Shown here piece after piece: positions 61,366-64,000 of a stretch of 64,000 nt of DNA (position 1 is its first letter; every line of letters begins with the position of its first letter). This stretch comes from Gammaproteobacteria bacterium. GTDB taxonomy: Bacteria > Pseudomonadota > Gammaproteobacteria > UBA4575. The translations under genes were made by a program, and so were the position numbers. Location: positions 384,001-448,000 of the forward strand of contig CBDCUI010000009.1 in NCBI GenBank assembly GCA_965222615.1, written 5' to 3'. The notes below the pieces were generated by a model that was given only the letters and a program-made list of their open reading frames with translations, did not search any database and had not been told where the DNA came from.

Positions 61366-62397
61366 GTGAGTCTCAATCGGCTTGCTCCCGAATGGGAGCG
61401 ACAAGATGCCATTATTATTGTCTGGCCACATTCTTTTTCAGATTGGGCATCCAATTTAGAACCTGTTGAAACTACCTATACAGACATTTGTAAACATATT
61501 TGCCAGCACCAAACTATAATAATTGTCGCCTATAACAAAGAACATCAGCACCACATAGAACAACGGCTAGAAAGCTCTTCAATTGTAGGTGAAAACATTG
61601 CATTTATAACGATTCCAACCAACGATACCTGGGTGCGTGATTATGGTCCTATTTGTGTTGCTGCTGGACAAGGCAAAACGATTCTTGATTTTGAATTTGA
61701 TGCCTGGGGCGAAAAATATGCATACGATTTGGATAATGCCTTTACGACTAAACTTCTAGAACAGCTTAAATTAGATATCCCACGTCAAGCTATTGAGCTC
61801 GTTATCGAAGCCGGCAATCTTGAAGTAAACAACCGAGGTGCTCTGCTTTGCTCTAGCACCTGTTTCCAACGCAAAAGTTATGGCACTGCAATTGATTTAG
61901 CGTATTTAGAAAAACGATTTTATGATTGCTTTGGTTGCAATAGCATTCACTGGATACACGATGTGAAATTAGTTGGAGATGATACGGATGGTCATATTGA
62001 TACTCTAGCGCGTTTTTGTGCAGACGACATCATTATTTATACTTCTACAAATAACTATCAAGATCCTAATAACGAAGCTCTACATCAGCTTGCTATACAG
62101 CTGCAATCTCTTCAAAAACAAAATCATAATAGCATTGAATTAGTACCGCTACCTTTGCCTGAACCTATTTTTTCCGCTAATCAACAATTGCCAGCTAGCT
62201 ATACGAACTTTTTAATCACAAATGAGTCGGTACTTGTGCCTATATTTAAAGATCAACAAGACGCTACTGTACTTAAGCTTATGGAAGAATTATTCCCTAC
62301 ACGCAAGATAATTGGTGTAAATAGTAATGTTTTGATTCAACAGTTTGGCGGGATACACTGTGCCACCATACAAATTCCTAAAGGCATTTTACAGTGA
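61366..62397 (+). CDS. aguA: Agmatine/peptidylarginine deiminase
   Basis: PEWE, DTWVRDYGP, DDTDGHID, GGIHC. Confidence 0.92.
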   Translation: MSLNRLAPEWERQDAIIIVWPHSFSDWASNLEPVETTYTDICKHICQHQTIIIVAYNKEHQHHIEQRLESSSIVGENIAFITIPTNDTWVRDYGPICVAAGQGKTILDFEFDAWGEKYAYDLDNAFTTKLLEQLKLDIPRQAIELVIEAGNLEVNNRGALLCSSTCFQRKSYGTAIDLAYLEKRFYDCFGCNSIHWIHDVKLVGDDTDGHIDTLARFCADDIIIYTSTNNYQDPNNEALHQLAIQLQSLQKQNHNSIELVPLPLPEPIFSANQQLPASYTNFLITNESVLVPIFKDQQDATVLKLMEELFPTRKIIGVNSNVLIQQFGGIHCATIQIPKGILQ

Positions 62398-63281
62398 AAA
62401 AAATAAGTGCCGCTCTTATCCAGCAACAAATGCAAGCGGATTATCATGCAAATCTTGAATACAGTCTTGAGCAAATAAACTATGCCGCAAGCGAGGGGGC
62501 TGACTTAGCGGTACTTTGTGAATTACATACCAGCTTATATTTTTGTCAACAAGAGTCTACACAATATTTTGACCTTGCCCAGCCAATACCTGGACCGCTC
62601 ACACAAACGCTCAGTCAAGCTGCCAGGGATAGTAAAATTGTGATTGTCGGTTCAGTTTTTGAAAAACGTACTGCAGGCCTCTATCACAACACCGCTGTTG
62701 TTTTTGATAAAGACGGTAAGCTAGCTGGTATGTACCGTAAGATGCATATTCCAGATGATCCAGGCTATTACGAAAAGTATTATTTTGCCTTTGGTGATCT
62801 TGGTTTCACACCGATAGCAACTTCTATTGGCAAACTCGGTGTGCTGATATGTTGGGACCAATGGTTTCCTGAAGCTGCACGACTGATGGCCTTAGCGGGG
62901 GCACAATTGCTTGTTTATCCTTCTGCAATTGGGTGGGACACACAAGACGATAACAGCGAGCAACAACGGCAGCTAGATGCCTGGAAGACCATCCAACAAA
63001 GCCATGCTATTGCCAACAACTTGCCTGTCATTTGTGTAAATCGTGTTGGACATGAGCTTGACATTTCAGGTAAGACTTCAGGTATAAATTTTTGGGGCCA
63101 GTCATTTTCAACTGATGCCTTCGGCAAAATAAACTCACAATGTTCTGCAGACAATGCTGAAACCAAAATAACGACTATTGATTTATCAGAAACAGAATCG
63201 ATACGACAAACATGGCCATATTTGCGAGACAGGCGTGTAGATGCTTACCAAAATATTGATAAACGATTTATAGATAAATAA
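62394..63281 (+). CDS. aguB: N-carbamoylputrescine amidohydrolase (nitrilase family)
   Basis: YRKMHIPDDPG, ICWDQWFPE catalytic triad. Confidence 0.9.
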   Translation: MKKISAALIQQQMQADYHANLEYSLEQINYAASEGADLAVLCELHTSLYFCQQESTQYFDLAQPIPGPLTQTLSQAARDSKIVIVGSVFEKRTAGLYHNTAVVFDKDGKLAGMYRKMHIPDDPGYYEKYYFAFGDLGFTPIATSIGKLGVLICWDQWFPEAARLMALAGAQLLVYPSAIGWDTQDDNSEQQRQLDAWKTIQQSHAIANNLPVICVNRVGHELDISGKTSGINFWGQSFSTDAFGKINSQCSADNAETKITTIDLSETESIRQTWPYLRDRRVDAYQNIDKRFIDK

Positions 63282-63289
63282 CTCGATAG

Positions 63290-63532
63290 TTAATCAGTAT
63301 TTTCGTTCTTGTTAGCTCTACTGAAAAATAAATAGAAATTCTGCAAGCTCATGCCTAACAATATAATTGCCATCACGGCAATTCCCAATAACACGATTAG
63401 TCCCAGCTCGCCTTCCCAAGTTATGCTAAAGAGCTGTACTTGATTGGTATCTCGAAACTCACCATATTTTGGGATCAAGCGCGATACAAATAAAAGACAT
63501 ATAAGTAGAAAAATAAAGCCCTTTATAAGCAT
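63290..63532 (-). CDS. Small two-TM hypothetical protein
   Basis: ORF track; hydrophobic segments. Confidence 0.55.
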   Translation of the reverse strand: MLIKGFIFLLICLLFVSRLIPKYGEFRDTNQVQLFSITWEGELGLIVLLGIAVMAIILLGMSLQNFYLFFSRANKNENTD

Positions 63533-63537
63533 TTTAT

Positions 63538-63786
63538 TTAGTTAATATTTCTTAATACTAGGTAAGGTACCAAGAAGAATATAATTACTAATAACTTGAA
63601 CAACCCTATCAGCATGTAGTGAGTAGAATCAAATTTTTCCACTGACATCTCAAACCACTTGCCATGCAATTTATACATCCAATCGTGTCCAACTATAAAA
63701 AACAGCAACCAAACTACTAAAAGCCCTATGTAAATTAAGCTGCACCATGCAAGAACGTTTTGTATTAATTCAAGGTTCATTACCAC
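63538..63786 (-). CDS. DUF6868-like membrane protein
   Basis: WCS.I..GLL..W...H.KWF..S.E.FD..HY...G.FK. Confidence 0.75.
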   Translation of the reverse strand: MVMNLELIQNVLAWCSLIYIGLLVVWLLFFIVGHDWMYKLHGKWFEMSVEKFDSTHYMLIGLFKLLVIIFFLVPYLVLRNIN

Positions 63787-64000
63787 CTCACATATACAAT
63801 AGTAATACTCATTAATATTCTTTTTTTAGGATATACCTAAGTGGAATGGATTTAAATCTAGTGATAGCTAAGTATTTGATTAATACTTAGCTACCTAGCT
63901 GGTTGCACATCAAAAAATGGATGATAGCAGTTGGTTTTGTGGCGCTAGTATAAGAATTGACCTAAGCAGCAGCTGGCTCTATAACATCTGAAACAGGCTC

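Noticed and set aside
15197-63166. Numerous 60-150 aa antisense or alternative-frame ORFs within housekeeping genes
   Set aside because: Fully overlap confident core genes and have shadow-ORF composition

Overview
Low-GC gammaproteobacterial chromosomal window. Positions 1-14.3 kb hold a sedentary chromosomal integron: intI on +, attI near 13172-13190, and a divergent minus-strand array of about 20 cassettes that continues off the left edge. The cassettes are separated by about 21 heterogeneous attC sites that decay with distance from attI. Cassette cargo includes three SAM methyltransferases, AlkC, PhyH, a GNAT, an orphan CdiI immunity protein, a PD-(D/E)XK-like nuclease and many membrane or secreted unknowns. 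A brnT/brnA toxin-antitoxin pair with a perfect 41-bp palindromic operator follows intI. The rest is core genome: lpdA-sucB-sucA, pilZ-holB-tmk-mltG-pabC-fabF-acpP-fabG-fabD, infA, clpAS, nudJ-mnmA-hflD, acnA, GGDEF-EAL, fumC, purB, a Gld-like ABC system, nudF-kdsB-ycaR-lpxK-msbA-exbDB-comEC, lolDE and aguAB. Two things stand out in that core. First, five dispersed 125-160 bp hairpin elements conserve internal-loop motifs while their stems co-vary, and all five abut a start or stop codon with the same end. Second, an orphan Tat/YxxPxL-leader, Asn-rich peptide gene resembles a RiPP precursor. All calls are by eye from sequence motifs; no database searches were run.
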